From: an uncultured Planctomycetaceae bacterium
GTDB taxonomy: Bacteria; Planctomycetota; Planctomycetia; Planctomycetales; Planctomycetaceae
Length of the DNA: 64,000 nucleotides
Assembly (NCBI GenBank): GCA_963976765.1
Contig: CAXBME010000017.1
Location: forward strand, 62,001 to 126,000
Direction: 5' to 3'
Shown here: piece after piece, positions 8,530-19,952 of the stretch
Position numbering within the stretch: the stretch's first letter is position 1
Layout of the letters: each line of letters begins with the position of its first letter
Made by a program: the position numbers and the translations under genes
Notes under the pieces: generated by a model
What the model saw: only the letters and a program-made list of their open reading frames with translations
What the model was told of the DNA's origin: nothing
Databases searched by the model: none

Positions 8530-11500
8530 TGCTGCGTGCATTGATCGCCTTCTGCGTTCGTGAACCGCTGATTATGGTCGTGCTGAGCACCGTTGGCATC
8601 GGCTTCGGCTGGTATGCCACTCAACATGTTCCCATTGATGCGATCCCGAACATCGGTGAGAACCAAGTGATCGTCTACACCGCTTGGCCGGGGCGCTCTC
8701 CGAAGGATATTGAAGACCAGATTACCTATCCGCTTTCGGTAGCGATGCTGGCGGTGCCGGATGCGGAATCGGTGCGGGGAAAGAGCCTCTTCGGTTACAG
8801 CTTCGTGCAGGTGACATTCAAGGATAGCACGGATTTCTATTGGGCACGTTCCCGCGTTTCGGAGCAACTCGGAACGGCGGGAGCCACGCTGCCCGATGGT
8901 GTTGTTCCCACGCTGGGACCGGATGCCACGGGTTTGGGACAGGTTCTGTATTACACGCTTGAACCCCCGGAGGGAATGAACCTCGCCGATCTTCGCAGCA
9001 TTCAGGATTTCGTCATTAAATATGAATTGACCGCCGTCCCCGGCGTGAGCGAAGTCGCCAGCGTCGGTGGCCATGTTCGACAGTATCAGATCGAGATCAA
9101 CCCGGACAAACTTCGCTTTCATGACGTTCCTCTGGATCAGTTGATCGAGGCCGTTCGCAAATCGAATATCGATGTCGGTGCGAAGACTGTCGAGTCGGGA
9201 GGAATGGAATTCATTATTCGTGGGCGAGGCTTTATTGGGGCAGGCAAAGACAGTGCCCAAGCAGTAGAAGATATTGAAAATACGGTCGTTCGTACCCGAG
9301 GTGGAATTCCGTTGCGGGTTCGTGATCTGGGGCACGTTCAACTTGGACCCGAGTTTCGGCGGGGAGCAATTGACCTCAACGGGACGGAAGCCGTAGGCGG
9401 CGTGGTGGTCATGCGGTTCGGCGAGAACCCAAGGGAAGTTATTGATCGAGTCAAAGCTAAGATCAAACAGATTGAACCTGCTTTGAGCGGTGTCAAGATT
9501 CGCACGATCTACGACCGCACAGGACTCATCAATGAAACCATCACTACTCTCACAGAAGCACTTTCACAGCAACTCGTCATCACGGCTGTAGTAATTCTGT
9601 TGTTTCTGCTGCATCTACGAGCCAGTCTTGTCGTCGCCATCACGTTGCCAGTTGCGGTTCTGTTCGCCTTCGTCGCCATGTGGTGCTTTGGTGTAGATGC
9701 CAACATTATGTCGCTGGCAGGCATAGCCATTGCGATTGGCACGATGGTCGATATGGGCATCATCGTCTCCGAGACAATCTATGACAGTTTGGCGGTGTGG
9801 GAGACAAAAGGGCGTCCGGGGGGCAGCAAGCGACGAGTGGAAATCATCAATGAGGCCGCCGGTGAGGTTGCCCCTGCTGTCCTGACCGCTGTGTTAACCA
9901 CGGTGGTCAGTTTCCTGCCGGTCTTCATGTTGACAGGGCGAGACTACAAGCTCTTTGCACCATTGGCGTGGACGAAGACGTTCTCATTGATTGCGGCTCT
10001 TCTCGTGGCAATCACACTTGTCCCACTGCTCAGCCGAATGTTCCTTTCATCGAGTCGTCTGAAACTTCTTCCAAGATTGATGGGAACCGCAGGGTTCGCT
10101 CTGGCTGGAACTTTGTTGGCGTGGATCGGTGGTCAACCTCTTGCTCATTCAATTGGAATTCATCACGGAGTATTCGTAGCAAGTGCCGGACTGCTGAGCA
10201 GCGTGGCAGGCTACTGGCTGCTTGGCGAACGCCTTCGTCCAATCGATGAGAACCCTGTGAGCCGCTTCATTCTTTGGAGCTATGCACCGACGTTGCGTTT
10301 CTTTCTGGCTCGCAAGGGACTGTTCCTGTGTCTTCCGACTCTTCTGATTGTCCTTGGACTCGGAGCATGGTTTGGTTTGCCTACGGTTCTGAAACCTGTT
10401 GAAACGGCAACCGGATATTTGGGAGCCGACTTGAACGAAGTCCCCGGCTATGTAAATGCCAAACACATCTTCAGGGGGCTGGAATCGGATGACTGGATCG
10501 CACTTGATGAGGGAAGCTGGTTTTACATGCCGACGCTGTACCCGGCAGCGAGCTTTTCACAGGCGATGGAAGTGCTGCAAACTCAGGACGCTCTCATCTG
10601 TGAAATCCCCGAAGTCGAGAACGTACTTGGAAAGATTGGTCGAGTCGAATCTGCTCTCGATCCTGCTCCCGCAGCGATGATCGAAACTTATGTCATGCTC
10701 AAACCACAGAAAGAGTGGAGAGAAGGTGTGACGACCAGAGACATCTGGAATCAAATCAACGCCGTCGCCACGTTGCCCGGTGTGACGCCAGCATCCCCCC
10801 TGCAACCGATTGAAGGTCGAGTTGTAATGCTGCAAAGCGGTATCAAGGCGTCGATGGCCGTCCGTATTTACGGGGATAGCCTTGATGGATTGTCGCAGGC
10901 ATCACTGGATGTCGCTGAACATCTCAAGCAGCTTCCGCAAATCAACGCTGCTACCGTCAATCCTGACATTGTATTGGGGAAACCTTATGTAGAATTCGAA
11001 GTCAATCGGGACACGGCGGCTCGCTACGGAATGTCCACAGCGATGGTCAATCAGATCATCGAAACGGCATTGGGCGGTTCCAACATCACAAGGACTGTCG
11101 AAGGGCGTGAACGGTATCCCATCCGAGTTCGCTATGAACGTAACTTGAGAGAACGGCTCGATGAACTGGATCAACTGCCGGTTGTTACGCATTCCGGCGA
11201 AGTTGTTCCGCTCTCGATTCTCGCCACGATGACGACGACGTGGGGACCGGGCGTAATCAATAGCGAAGACGCTCGACTGGTCGCCCATGTGTCGTTTTCT
11301 CCGTCCGGCATGGTCGGTGATCTGGAAACCGTGCAAGCTATTGAAAACTCTCTTCGTGAATCTCAAGAAGATGGATCGCTCGATCTGCCAACTGGATATG
11401 CTCTCAAACCAGTCGGTTCATTTCAGAATCAGATCGAAGCCAATCAGCGACTCCTGTGGGTCATCCCGCTCGTCATCCTCGTCAATCTGTTCATCATCTA

Positions 11501-12014
11501 TCTTCAGTTTCGACACATCCCGATCACGCTGACGGTCTTCGCAGGAATCCCTGTCGCATTTGCCGGGGGGATGATCTTTCTGGCGATGAACTCCATCGAG
11601 ATTAACACGGCAGTCTGGGTCGGTTTCATCGCTCTGTTCGGCATCGCAGTTGATGATGGCGTCGTGATGGCGACGTATCTCGATCAGGTCTTCACTCGAA
11701 AGCATTTGAAGACCATCGAGGACATTCGTAATGCCACCGTCGAGGCCGGGATAAAGCGAATACGCCCCTGCCTGATGACCACTTTCACAACTATTATCGC
11801 ACTGATGCCCGTTGTCGCTTCGACCGGGCGTGGATCAGATGTCGCCAAGGCAATGGCATGGCCGGTCATAGGTGGCATGGCGGTTGAGTTACTAACGCTG
11901 TTTGTGGTGCCGGTTCTATTCGCCGGATTCAAGGAGTTCAAAATGAACCTTGGTCTGAGCGACCGGCATTGGGCGGGAACCGAAGAATATAAAGGGCAGC
12001 ACGATGGCAATTGA
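8529..12014 (+). CDS. cusA: CusA/CzcA family heavy-metal RND permease
   Basis: [52 protein letters not shown] overlaps the cusB stop (TAATG). Confidence 0.95.
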   Translation: MLRALIAFCVREPLIMVVLSTVGIGFGWYATQHVPIDAIPNIGENQVIVYTAWPGRSPKDIEDQITYPLSVAMLAVPDAESVRGKSLFGYSFVQVTFKDSTDFYWARSRVSEQLGTAGATLPDGVVPTLGPDATGLGQVLYYTLEPPEGMNLADLRSIQDFVIKYELTAVPGVSEVASVGGHVRQYQIEINPDKLRFHDVPLDQLIEAVRKSNIDVGAKTVESGGMEFIIRGRGFIGAGKDSAQAVEDIENTVVRTRGGIPLRVRDLGHVQLGPEFRRGAIDLNGTEAVGGVVVMRFGENPREVIDRVKAKIKQIEPALSGVKIRTIYDRTGLINETITTLTEALSQQLVITAVVILLFLLHLRASLVVAITLPVAVLFAFVAMWCFGVDANIMSLAGIAIAIGTMVDMGIIVSETIYDSLAVWETKGRPGGSKRRVEIINEAAGEVAPAVLTAVLTTVVSFLPVFMLTGRDYKLFAPLAWTKTFSLIAALLVAITLVPLLSRMFLSSSRLKLLPRLMGTAGFALAGTLLAWIGGQPLAHSIGIHHGVFVASAGLLSSVAGYWLLGERLRPIDENPVSRFILWSYAPTLRFFLARKGLFLCLPTLLIVLGLGAWFGLPTVLKPVETATGYLGADLNEVPGYVNAKHIFRGLESDDWIALDEGSWFYMPTLYPAASFSQAMEVLQTQDALICEIPEVENVLGKIGRVESALDPAPAAMIETYVMLKPQKEWREGVTTRDIWNQINAVATLPGVTPASPLQPIEGRVVMLQSGIKASMAVRIYGDSLDGLSQASLDVAEHLKQLPQINAATVNPDIVLGKPYVEFEVNRDTAARYGMSTAMVNQIIETALGGSNITRTVEGRERYPIRVRYERNLRERLDELDQLPVVTHSGEVVPLSILATMTTTWGPGVINSEDARLVAHVSFSPSGMVGDLETVQAIENSLRESQEDGSLDLPTGYALKPVGSFQNQIEANQRLLWVIPLVILVNLFIIYLQFRHIPITLTVFAGIPVAFAGGMIFLAMNSIEINTAVWVGFIALFGIAVDDGVVMATYLDQVFTRKHLKTIEDIRNATVEAGIKRIRPCLMTTFTTIIALMPVVASTGRGSDVAKAMAWPVIGGMAVELLTLFVVPVLFAGFKEFKMNLGLSDRHWAGTEEYKGQHDGN

Positions 12015-14421
12015 CCCCATTTGTGGAATGCAGGTTAACGAGAGCACCGACCTCACCGCCGAACGAGACAGCCAGACGTATTACTTTTGCAGCAACCACT
12101 GTAGGCTGAAATTCACTGATTCAATTAGCGATGAAGAAGAGCATTCGTGCTGCCACGGCCACACTTCAATTAGCCGCACTTCCAGTGAGAATGTAAACAG
12201 GTACGTCTGCCCGATGTGCGAAGGGGTCGAGAGCGTCAAACCGGGTAACTGCCCGAAATGTGGAATGGCATTGGAGCCTGCCAAACCACCAACTCGCAGC
12301 CAGAAGAAACTCTACACTTGTCCGATGCACCCGGAGATTGAACAGGATGATCCCGGAACCCGCCCGAAGTGCGGCATGGAGTTGGAGCCGAAATTCATTT
12401 CCGCCGAGGACGAGGACGACTCTGAACTTCGCAGCATGAGCCTTCGATTCTGGGTAGGCGTGGCTTTGAGCGTACCCGTGTTTCTGCTCGCCATGCTGCC
12501 GATGATAGGCGTGCCGGTAGACGAGTTGCTGGGGAAGACGGTCAACACTTGGCTGCAACTAATCCTCAGCACGCCGGTGGTCCTCTGGGCGGGCTGGCCA
12601 TTCTTCGTGCGTGGCTTCCGGTCCATAGTGACGTGGAACCTCAACATGTTCACGCTGATCGCCATCGGAACCGGAGCCGCCTACCTCTACAGTCTGGTTG
12701 CCATCCTCTTTCCTGAGTTGCTTCCCGACGATCTCAAAATGAATGGACATGTCGAAGTCTACTTCGAGGCGGCGGCAGTCATCATTACGCTGGTTCTGCT
12801 TGGTCAGGTTTTGGAGTTGCGAGCCAGAAGACGCACTGGCAGCGCTATTCGGGAGTTGCTCTCATTGGCTCCCCCAACCGCCCGAGTTGTACGGGATGGT
12901 GAAGAACAGGAAGTTTCCTTGGATGAGGTGCAGCGTGGTGACATTCTGAGAGTCCGACCCGGCGAGAAAATTCCGGTGGACGGGAAAGTCACCGAAGGAA
13001 AAAGCTCAATCGATGAGTCCATGATTACTGGCGAACCTGTGCCGGTTCAGAAACAACTCGGTGATGAAGTCATTGGTGGCACCGTCAATCAGACCGGATC
13101 ATTTCTGATGGAAGCTGAGAAGGTGGGAGAAGACACCGTTCTCTCTCAGATCGTCAGCATGGTAGCTGATGCTCAGAGAAGCCGAGCACCGATTCAAAGA
13201 GTTGCCGATGTCGTAGCTGGTTACTTTGTTCCTGCTGTGGTGGCCACAGCCATAGTTACGTTCATTGTATGGGCTGTACTACGTCCAAAGGAGCCAGCAC
13301 TGGCATGGGCCTTGGTGAATGCAGTGGCCGTTCTCATCATTGCCTGTCCCTGTGCCCTTGGTCTTGCTACGCCGATGTCAATCATGGTCGGCGTAGGTCG
13401 AGGAGCCAGGGAAGGTGTGCTTGTCAAAGATGCTGAAGTTCTGGAAACGCTGGAGAAGGTGGATACGGTTGTTGTGGACAAGACCGGCACGTTGACCCAA
13501 GGCCGACCGAAACTGACTGAATGTGTTCCGGTTGACTCTGAATCTGAAGACAATCTTCTACGCATGGCAGCGAGTCTGGAACAGCAAAGCGAACATCCAC
13601 TGGCACATGCCATCGTCGAGGGAGCCAAAGAACACAGGCTCGAACTTTCGAATGTCGATGACTTCGATTCTGTGACAGGCGGTGGTGTTCACGGAACTGT
13701 GGATGGTAAGAAAGTGCTGATCGGCAAGCGGTCGCTCTTGGACGAAACGGGAGTGTCCGATCTTACTGCACTTGACGCCCGTGCTGATGAATTGCAGGAA
13801 CAGGGCAGAACGGTCATGTATGTGGCCGTCGATAGCAAATTCCTCGGGCTGGTTGCCGTTTCTGATCCCATCAAAGATTCGACACCGGAAGCTGTCAGAG
13901 CACTTCACGAACTCGGTCTGCGAATCATTATGCTCACCGGCGATAACGAGAAGACGGCGAAGACGGTGGCGGATAAGTTGGGCATCGACGAATTCGAGGC
14001 AGGCGTGCGTCCCGAGGACAAACATGAGCGGATCAAAGCGTTGAAAGCCAATGGCCGAAAGGTTGCCATGGCCGGTGACGGCATCAACGACGCGCCCGCT
14101 TTGGCTGAGGCCGATGTCGGCATTGCCATGGGAACCGGGACGGATGTGGCGATTGAGTCGGCAGGCATCACTCTGGTGAAAGGAGACCTGCGTGGCATCG
14201 TCAAAGCGGTGAAGCTAAGTCGAAAAACAATGCAGAACATCAGGCAAAACCTGTTCTTCGCCTTCGTCTACAATGCTCTCGGCGTGCCCGTGGCCGCAGG
14301 TGTACTTTTTCCGATCATGGGGTTACTGCTCAATCCGATGATTGCCGCTGCTGCGATGAGTTTCAGCAGTGTGTCCGTGATCGGCAACGCCTTGCGACTA
14401 AGAACAACCAACCTCACGTAG
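12004..14421 (+). CDS. copA: Cu(I)/Ag(I)-translocating P1B-type ATPase with YHS and heavy-metal-binding domains
   Basis: [47 protein letters not shown] and MxxSS Cu(I) signatures. Confidence 0.95.
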   Translation: MAIDPICGMQVNESTDLTAERDSQTYYFCSNHCRLKFTDSISDEEEHSCCHGHTSISRTSSENVNRYVCPMCEGVESVKPGNCPKCGMALEPAKPPTRSQKKLYTCPMHPEIEQDDPGTRPKCGMELEPKFISAEDEDDSELRSMSLRFWVGVALSVPVFLLAMLPMIGVPVDELLGKTVNTWLQLILSTPVVLWAGWPFFVRGFRSIVTWNLNMFTLIAIGTGAAYLYSLVAILFPELLPDDLKMNGHVEVYFEAAAVIITLVLLGQVLELRARRRTGSAIRELLSLAPPTARVVRDGEEQEVSLDEVQRGDILRVRPGEKIPVDGKVTEGKSSIDESMITGEPVPVQKQLGDEVIGGTVNQTGSFLMEAEKVGEDTVLSQIVSMVADAQRSRAPIQRVADVVAGYFVPAVVATAIVTFIVWAVLRPKEPALAWALVNAVAVLIIACPCALGLATPMSIMVGVGRGAREGVLVKDAEVLETLEKVDTVVVDKTGTLTQGRPKLTECVPVDSESEDNLLRMAASLEQQSEHPLAHAIVEGAKEHRLELSNVDDFDSVTGGGVHGTVDGKKVLIGKRSLLDETGVSDLTALDARADELQEQGRTVMYVAVDSKFLGLVAVSDPIKDSTPEAVRALHELGLRIIMLTGDNEKTAKTVADKLGIDEFEAGVRPEDKHERIKALKANGRKVAMAGDGINDAPALAEADVGIAMGTGTDVAIESAGITLVKGDLRGIVKAVKLSRKTMQNIRQNLFFAFVYNALGVPVAAGVLFPIMGLLLNPMIAAAAMSFSSVSVIGNALRLRTTNLT

Positions 14422-14424
14422 GCT

Positions 14425-15747
14425 TCATTCGGGAAACTTCACTACCGTCATCTTTCCATACCCGGCTGGCCATCGGCTTTCGACATCAACTTGGCCGACG
14501 AATTCGTCTTCACCGAGTTCGGCAGTGAAGTCCTTTTCCAGTTTGCCGGTCTGGTCGATGTAGAGCTTCACGAGGTACCGCCCCGGCGAAAGGCGTTGCG
14601 ACTTGATCTCCTCTGCCCATTTGCTGCTTCGGGGAGCCGTCAAACTGAGAGAGTGCTGCCAGACGTTGCCTTTACCGAAGACGGGACGGTCGGACGTTGC
14701 GACTCGGAACTCAGTCCACCCGGAATCGGTCTGCCGATAGAGGTCGGCCTGCAACAGCATTTTGTCGTACTTTGCTGGAACACCTTCGATCTTTAACCAG
14801 ATGTCGGTGACAACTGACAATTCATCGCTCGTCGGTGGTAACTGGTCGGCCTCAGCGTACTTGCCCTGTACCATTGCGGCATAGTCGTCGATGAAACGAC
14901 GGAACTGCTTATAGGATCGATCTCCAACAACCATCTTTTGCCCGCCGCCGTGTTCGACCTGCATGGTCGGTTTCATCAGAAGAAGGCTCTCGGCGGAGTT
15001 TTCTGCGTCGATCAGGCCGTTCTCTACCATATAGTTCAAGGTCGCCTGCGGGTTGTTGAGCATGATCCACGACACTTGCTCCCCGTGTTCCTTGACCTGT
15101 TTCGAATTTCGGTCAGGGGAGTGGCAGGCAGCACAACGACCAACTTCCGTCCATACGTTTTCGATGAATGACGCCAGGACTCGATCTATTCGAGCGTGCC
15201 GAACTACTTCGTCGGGTACTTTCGGGCCGATAGGAGCAGTATCGCCCTTAGCCGCTATCAACTGTGGATCGTCCACCGCCGCACGAATCCAGTCTCGAAA
15301 AGCATCGTATTCCCGCTTCCGCACTTCTTTAGTTACAAGATTCGACTTTTCCGGTGTCCGTGCGATGAAGCGGAGAATCTTCGACTCATCCGGTGTCTCC
15401 GTGTCGATCATCCCAGCGGCGACCAACGACACGAACGTCTCCTGCTGGGTCGGTCGAATGTACTCCTTCAGGTCAACGCCGCTCAGATGGCATTCCGAAC
15501 AACTCGACGGCTTAACGGACTGAAAGATCGGCAGAATGCGTTTCTCAAAGACCGCAAGCGAAGCATTGCGTGGAAGCAATTCGTCATCACTTTCGGTCGG
15601 CAACAACGGATCGCTTTCCAATTGACGATCACTTCTGATGGGCTGTTCGAGAGGCAGCGGGCCGACTTGATGTTGATCGTCTCGGTTGCACGAGACGAGG
15701 CAGCACGACATCGATGCAACTGCGATGAAACGGACGCTTAACACCAT
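14425..15747 (-). CDS. Putative di-haem c-type cytochrome lipoprotein
   Basis: Lipobox-like LVSC; FEKRILPIF...CSECH and CAACH haem motifs. Confidence 0.7.
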   Translation of the reverse strand: MVLSVRFIAVASMSCCLVSCNRDDQHQVGPLPLEQPIRSDRQLESDPLLPTESDDELLPRNASLAVFEKRILPIFQSVKPSSCSECHLSGVDLKEYIRPTQQETFVSLVAAGMIDTETPDESKILRFIARTPEKSNLVTKEVRKREYDAFRDWIRAAVDDPQLIAAKGDTAPIGPKVPDEVVRHARIDRVLASFIENVWTEVGRCAACHSPDRNSKQVKEHGEQVSWIMLNNPQATLNYMVENGLIDAENSAESLLLMKPTMQVEHGGGQKMVVGDRSYKQFRRFIDDYAAMVQGKYAEADQLPPTSDELSVVTDIWLKIEGVPAKYDKMLLQADLYRQTDSGWTEFRVATSDRPVFGKGNVWQHSLSLTAPRSSKWAEEIKSQRLSPGRYLVKLYIDQTGKLEKDFTAELGEDEFVGQVDVESRWPAGYGKMTVVKFPE

Positions 15748-16035
15748 TGCGACCTTACAACAATAAGTCGAACCGCCGACAGAGAAAGACAGCATTCTTC
15801 GCAGGGAAATTGTATCGACGGAGCAGCAGGGCGGATACATCTGCGTTGATTCGACACGTCAGATCACTGGTCACTTGCTGAAGGAGCTGCCAAATGCATG
15901 GAGAAGTCGTACTGGTCCTGACATGACGCCCGCCAAGTTACATGCTCGCTCGAACTTCCGATCCTCTCGGCCCCAACGACCGCTTGACTTGCCCACTAAA
16001 GACGAGTTCCTTTTAGTAGAGACCGCAGTAAAAAA

Positions 16036-16356
16036 TTAACGCCGCAGAACGCAGTCACAGTTAGGACAGATTACGCCCGTTGTTTCGAAAGCGTTCCGGA
16101 TTGGCTGACGAACTTCAAGTCCACAACCGCAGATCATCTCGTTTGCCCCAAAGTTGCACGAAGAGCAGACGCCGTTAATCGCCCACATGTCGCCATTGCA
16201 TTTCAAACACTTGTATGGCGCTGTGCTCTGATGCCCTCCGTTGTTCCCGATCCAGTTGAAGAACTGGCCCAGCGTGAATCCCTTGGCATCAAGGATCGCA
16301 TAGAGGATAACGAACGGAGCAATCCCCACGAGTGCCCCAAGGAGTACAGGAAGCAT
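16036..16356 (-). CDS. Small membrane-anchored Cys-rich (zinc-ribbon-like) protein
   Basis: One TM helix followed by CxxC, CxxC, CxC, CxxC. Confidence 0.5.
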   Translation of the reverse strand: MLPVLLGALVGIAPFVILYAILDAKGFTLGQFFNWIGNNGGHQSTAPYKCLKCNGDMWAINGVCSSCNFGANEMICGCGLEVRQPIRNAFETTGVICPNCDCVLRR

Positions 16357-16670
16357 TGGAAATACGCCGATGATGCAAGGCCAACGACGACAATGAGACC
16401 GCCTGCGCTCTTCAGGCTGAGCACCAACCAAGGCCACTCCTCACACGCCCGCCAGGGCGCAGACCAGAAGGTTCAGGTCGGCGGTTTGTGAGAAAGCAAT
16501 ACTGACGTTGCTACGTCATTCGATTGTCATGCGGCCCTGTTCGAGCCGCTCATTCAGCGGAATCTCCAAGTGTTTCAAAACAGTCGTCGGCCAGACGCCG
16601 AACGAGAACGAATTTACCAGCCGGAGCAGCCGAACGGAAAGGGATCGATGCTTAGTCGCCTCAAAAGCCG

Positions 16671-16834
16671 TGCGACAATCCCGACAAGCAGTTGCAGGTC
16701 TACTTTCAGGACGAGTCCCGTTCTGGTCAGCAAGGAACCACGACCAATATGTGGGCGAAAAAGGTTCACGACCCACGGCCATTCGACAGACCGAGTATCA
16801 ATACCTGTGGGTGATCGGAGCGGTCAATCCGCAC
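16671..16834 (+). mobile_element. IS630-family transposase remnant (frameshifted fragment)
   Basis: NPDKQLQVYFQDESRSGQQGTTTNMWAK, then after a frameshift GSRPTAIRQTEYQYLWVIGAVNP; this is the first DDE aspartate region of IS630. Confidence 0.85.
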
Positions 16835-16917
16835 ATCACGCAAAGATCAAATCAAGTCGAACAGTCCTTGTCGCCACTGGCATTAATAAGTCCTCAGCCG
16901 ATCACCCAGAGTCTTGG

Positions 16918-18408
16918 TTACTCCTCATCCGAATCTTCGTTTGACGAGGGGCGTGTCACGAAGAGCAGAGACTGCAGCAGCAGAAACAGGAGCAGGGGGG
17001 CGATCCACAGGAGACGCAGAACTTTCAACAGGATTTGCGTGGCGGGGTGTGGTACTGAGGCGACCTTCACGAAGGCGGCGCTGTCGGAGTGTCCGGCTTC
17101 GGCCAGAGCTTGAACGACTGAGGCGATGCGAGCTTCGTTGATGGCATCGTCTGAGGCATTGCGGTCGGGCATGACAAAAATCGTCTCGGCGCTCTGCTGA
17201 ACTTCTCGCGAGACTTCGGAAACGTGTTTGAGTCCCGATTTGTTGAGCTGCGTCGTGCCGGCGATGAATTCAGAATCCTGGACGACTCGGTTGTCCGCTT
17301 CGGCATTCCGTTGCAATCTCGAACTTGAATCGACGAACGCGCCCAGCAGCAGAAACGCGACCAGCCCGAACAGCGTCAGCATGATCAGGCCGCAACCGAC
17401 GGCTGTCATTTGAGATTTGAAGATGCTACGTTCGGATGTCGTTTCGAAGAACAGGTCGATCGTGCGCCGCCGCCGTAACGACGTGTGCGTGGCTTCGACC
17501 GTTTCGAACGCGCGGGTCATCTCGGCCCAGTGCGGGGCTGAGTCTTCGAGCGACTGTTCCAGCGCTGCGAGTTGGTTTGCACCGATTCGGCTTCCATCAT
17601 CCGTCAACGTCGCATCGGAATCTGAAGTAGAACTCGACGAGCTAACGGTGAGTGATCCCGCGCCACCGCCATTCAGTTCAAGTGTTGCCGAACCTGCTGA
17701 ACCGGTTACTTCAAGCTTCCAGAAAGGTTGCCCCGTGCGAGCCGTCCAGGTGGCTTCTGCCAGGTCGTTCCCGCTTAACGTGACCGTCGCGAGCGTGATC
17801 CCCGTTTCTTCTAATCCGGAATGCACGGCGGTGATGCGGTTGTAGTTGCCTCCGAGAAATCTCAGCAGCGGAACGTCGTCGAACAACGCGCCGTCGACTT
17901 CGTCGCGAGTGAGTCCTGAACCCCTTCGTCCGATTTTCTGAGTGCCCAACGCGACGGATCGCTCGACACGTTGCAGCACGACTTTGCCCAGATCGCCACG
18001 CTCAATCGCGTTGTGCAGTTTTGAGACCAGCGGATGAACCGGCAGGCTCGACACCGGCAGTAGTGGCACGCGGTTGTCGTCGTGCGTCAGTGTCAGTTCG
18101 TAGACAAAGGCGGACCCCTGGCTGGCTTGAGGATACAGGGCTAGCGTTCGTCCGTTTGTGGCCAGTTGCTTTGCTCCCGCCTGAACCTCTTCGGAATCGC
18201 CAGCGACCAGCGTCACTTCAGCGGCGGAGTCGACCAGCAACTCTTCCCAGCTCTGCAGAATGCGAATCCCCGGCGCGGCGGCGAGCAACTCAGGAAGTGC
18301 GTTGTTCGGTATTTCCGTGGCAATCGTGAACGAGTGTCGCGAATCGGCGGAAATCGCGCGAAGCAGCGAGACGATTTTCGAGTTCCAGCCAAGCAGAGCG
18401 AATTTCAT
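16918..18408 (-). CDS. Degenerate Gfo/Idh/MocA-like protein with a C-terminal two-TM anchor
   Basis: MKFALLG Rossmann-like start, HPLVSKLHNAIERGDLG, RAFETVEA...SLRRRRTIDL, then two TM helices. Confidence 0.65.
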   Translation of the reverse strand: MKFALLGWNSKIVSLLRAISADSRHSFTIATEIPNNALPELLAAAPGIRILQSWEELLVDSAAEVTLVAGDSEEVQAGAKQLATNGRTLALYPQASQGSAFVYELTLTHDDNRVPLLPVSSLPVHPLVSKLHNAIERGDLGKVVLQRVERSVALGTQKIGRRGSGLTRDEVDGALFDDVPLLRFLGGNYNRITAVHSGLEETGITLATVTLSGNDLAEATWTARTGQPFWKLEVTGSAGSATLELNGGGAGSLTVSSSSSTSDSDATLTDDGSRIGANQLAALEQSLEDSAPHWAEMTRAFETVEATHTSLRRRRTIDLFFETTSERSIFKSQMTAVGCGLIMLTLFGLVAFLLLGAFVDSSSRLQRNAEADNRVVQDSEFIAGTTQLNKSGLKHVSEVSREVQQSAETIFVMPDRNASDDAINEARIASVVQALAEAGHSDSAAFVKVASVPHPATQILLKVLRLLWIAPLLLFLLLQSLLFVTRPSSNEDSDEE

Positions 18409-18897
18409 GAGTGGTCAAGACAGTGAAAATGAGAATGGTGAAATAACGATTGCCAGAGGGAATTCTGGTTTCGGCCACTTGCCCGGAAGGATGACAGAAT
18501 CGTTGAGTTCCTGCATCTGCCCGATTCTCCCTTTTTGTCCAGGCCGGAAAGTGGCAGGAATGGACGATTTCAGTCTGTCGCCAGGTTGGAGTCCTGTTCG
18601 TGGTGCGGAGTATTTGGACGATGCTGGCGATCGGCGGTTCAACTGGAAATACTTCGCCACAACCGGGCCGTTGGAGTGCTTATCCAGGATCTGCACGCCC
18701 CTGGAGATTCGAAGATACAATCATCCGTCTGCCTCATGCACCTGCTGCCCAGCGGCAAAGTTCCGCGCGAACTTCTGCAGCAACACTGAGGTCGAGCCTT
18801 GCTGAAGCTGCCGGCTGCGTCTCGACGTGCAGTTGCGCGTCACGTTTTAAGATTGGTGTGTCACGACGCATCCCCGATTTCGTGAGGTTTCTTGACG

Positions 18898-19233
18898 ATG
18901 TCTCGAAAAAGAAACAAGCGGCGACGGGCAGCGGAGCAGGAGGAGTTTTCGACTCCCCGCGGTTCGATTCCGGCTGACCTTTCAAAGCAGGCTCCGAACA
19001 ATTCGTATGGGCCACCGTTGTTTTACGAAGACCTTGAGTTTACGTGTCGAGACTGTGGTTCCGAAGAAGTCTGGACCGCAGAAGAGCAGCAGTGGTATTA
19101 CGAAGTTGCCAAAGGCTCGATCTACGGCCGCGCAGTTCAATGTTGGTTCTGCCGTAAAAAAATTCGCGAGGCCAAAGACCTGCAGCGTCAGCAGATGGAA
19201 GCTGCGGATGAAAGACGGGTAGCTGATAACTGA
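18898..19233 (+). CDS. Zinc-ribbon domain protein (zf-trcl-like)
   Basis: YEDLEFTCRDCG..EVWTAEEQQWYYE...CWFCR. Confidence 0.8.
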   Translation: MSRKRNKRRRAAEQEEFSTPRGSIPADLSKQAPNNSYGPPLFYEDLEFTCRDCGSEEVWTAEEQQWYYEVAKGSIYGRAVQCWFCRKKIREAKDLQRQQMEAADERRVADN

Positions 19234-19373
19234 CATGTGGACGATGGGAGTGCGTGTTTCTGTCTGACTCGCGAAGAGGGAACTTGTCCCGGTATTATCG
19301 GCGCCCCGGTCGATACTGAAGGCCGTAGTTGATCGGGTAACCTGAATATCCACTGTTCTGCGAGCAGCATTCA

Positions 19374-19730
19374 ATGATGGCTGAAACATTTATTCTCATT
19401 CCCGGCCGGACGAGCAAGCAGGGCACGACGCTCAATGAGGGCAAGTACACGGACGGGTATCTCGAAGAGATCAATACGCTGCAGATTTCGCCCGAGGACA
19501 TGGAGCGGCTGCAGCTCGAAAATGGCGATAACATCCGAATGTGGAACGACTTCGGCGAAGTGGTTGTTCCGTGCAGAATGTCAAAAGGCGACGAACTTCC
19601 TCCGGGGATGCTTTTTATCAGCTACGGAGACAAATCCAGCCGATTAATGGGTGGAGAGACTCACGGAACGGGCATGCCTGACAGCAAGGGCATGGATGTG
19701 CAGATTGAGAAAGCGTCAGAGCCATTGTGA
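19374..19730 (+). CDS. fwdD: Formylmethanofuran dehydrogenase subunit D (molybdopterin dinucleotide-binding)
   Basis: PGRTSKQG, SPEDMERL, GEVVV, TGMPDSKG; directly upstream of subunit B. Confidence 0.85.
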   Translation: MMAETFILIPGRTSKQGTTLNEGKYTDGYLEEINTLQISPEDMERLQLENGDNIRMWNDFGEVVVPCRMSKGDELPPGMLFISYGDKSSRLMGGETHGTGMPDSKGMDVQIEKASEPL

Positions 19731-19952
19731 CTTTGAATTTAGTGTGAACTCAGGCATCCTGCTTAGATTCTGTGTCTGCGTATAAGTTTTGAATTCGGTC
19801 GAAACGCACTGGCCGAACGCTGGAGTGAGAGTGATCGGGACGGCTGGCGGTAACGCGAGTGCAATCTCTCATTCATGACTTTCGAAATTCATTGATCCTG
19901 TTGCTGGTGATGTCTCCCGACAAAGCCGCTCGTTATCAACGAAGGTCTTTTC

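Noticed and set aside
16508..17113. 201-aa ORF taken as an intact transposase
   Set aside because: Only ~25 codons are IS630-like in this frame; the rest is unrelated or antisense to the neighbouring gene.
18409..18897. 490-bp intergenic gap as an ncRNA or small gene
   Set aside because: No convincing structure, RBS or protein motif; treated as a divergent promoter region.
18940..18985. GGTTCGATTCC T-loop-like motif suggesting a tRNA or att site
   Set aside because: It lies inside the zinc-ribbon CDS, the T-stem is mismatched, and no acceptor or D arm can be formed.
19234..19373. Possible Moco/Wco riboswitch upstream of fwdD
   Set aside because: I could not match the conserved elements by eye; an Infernal scan would be decisive.
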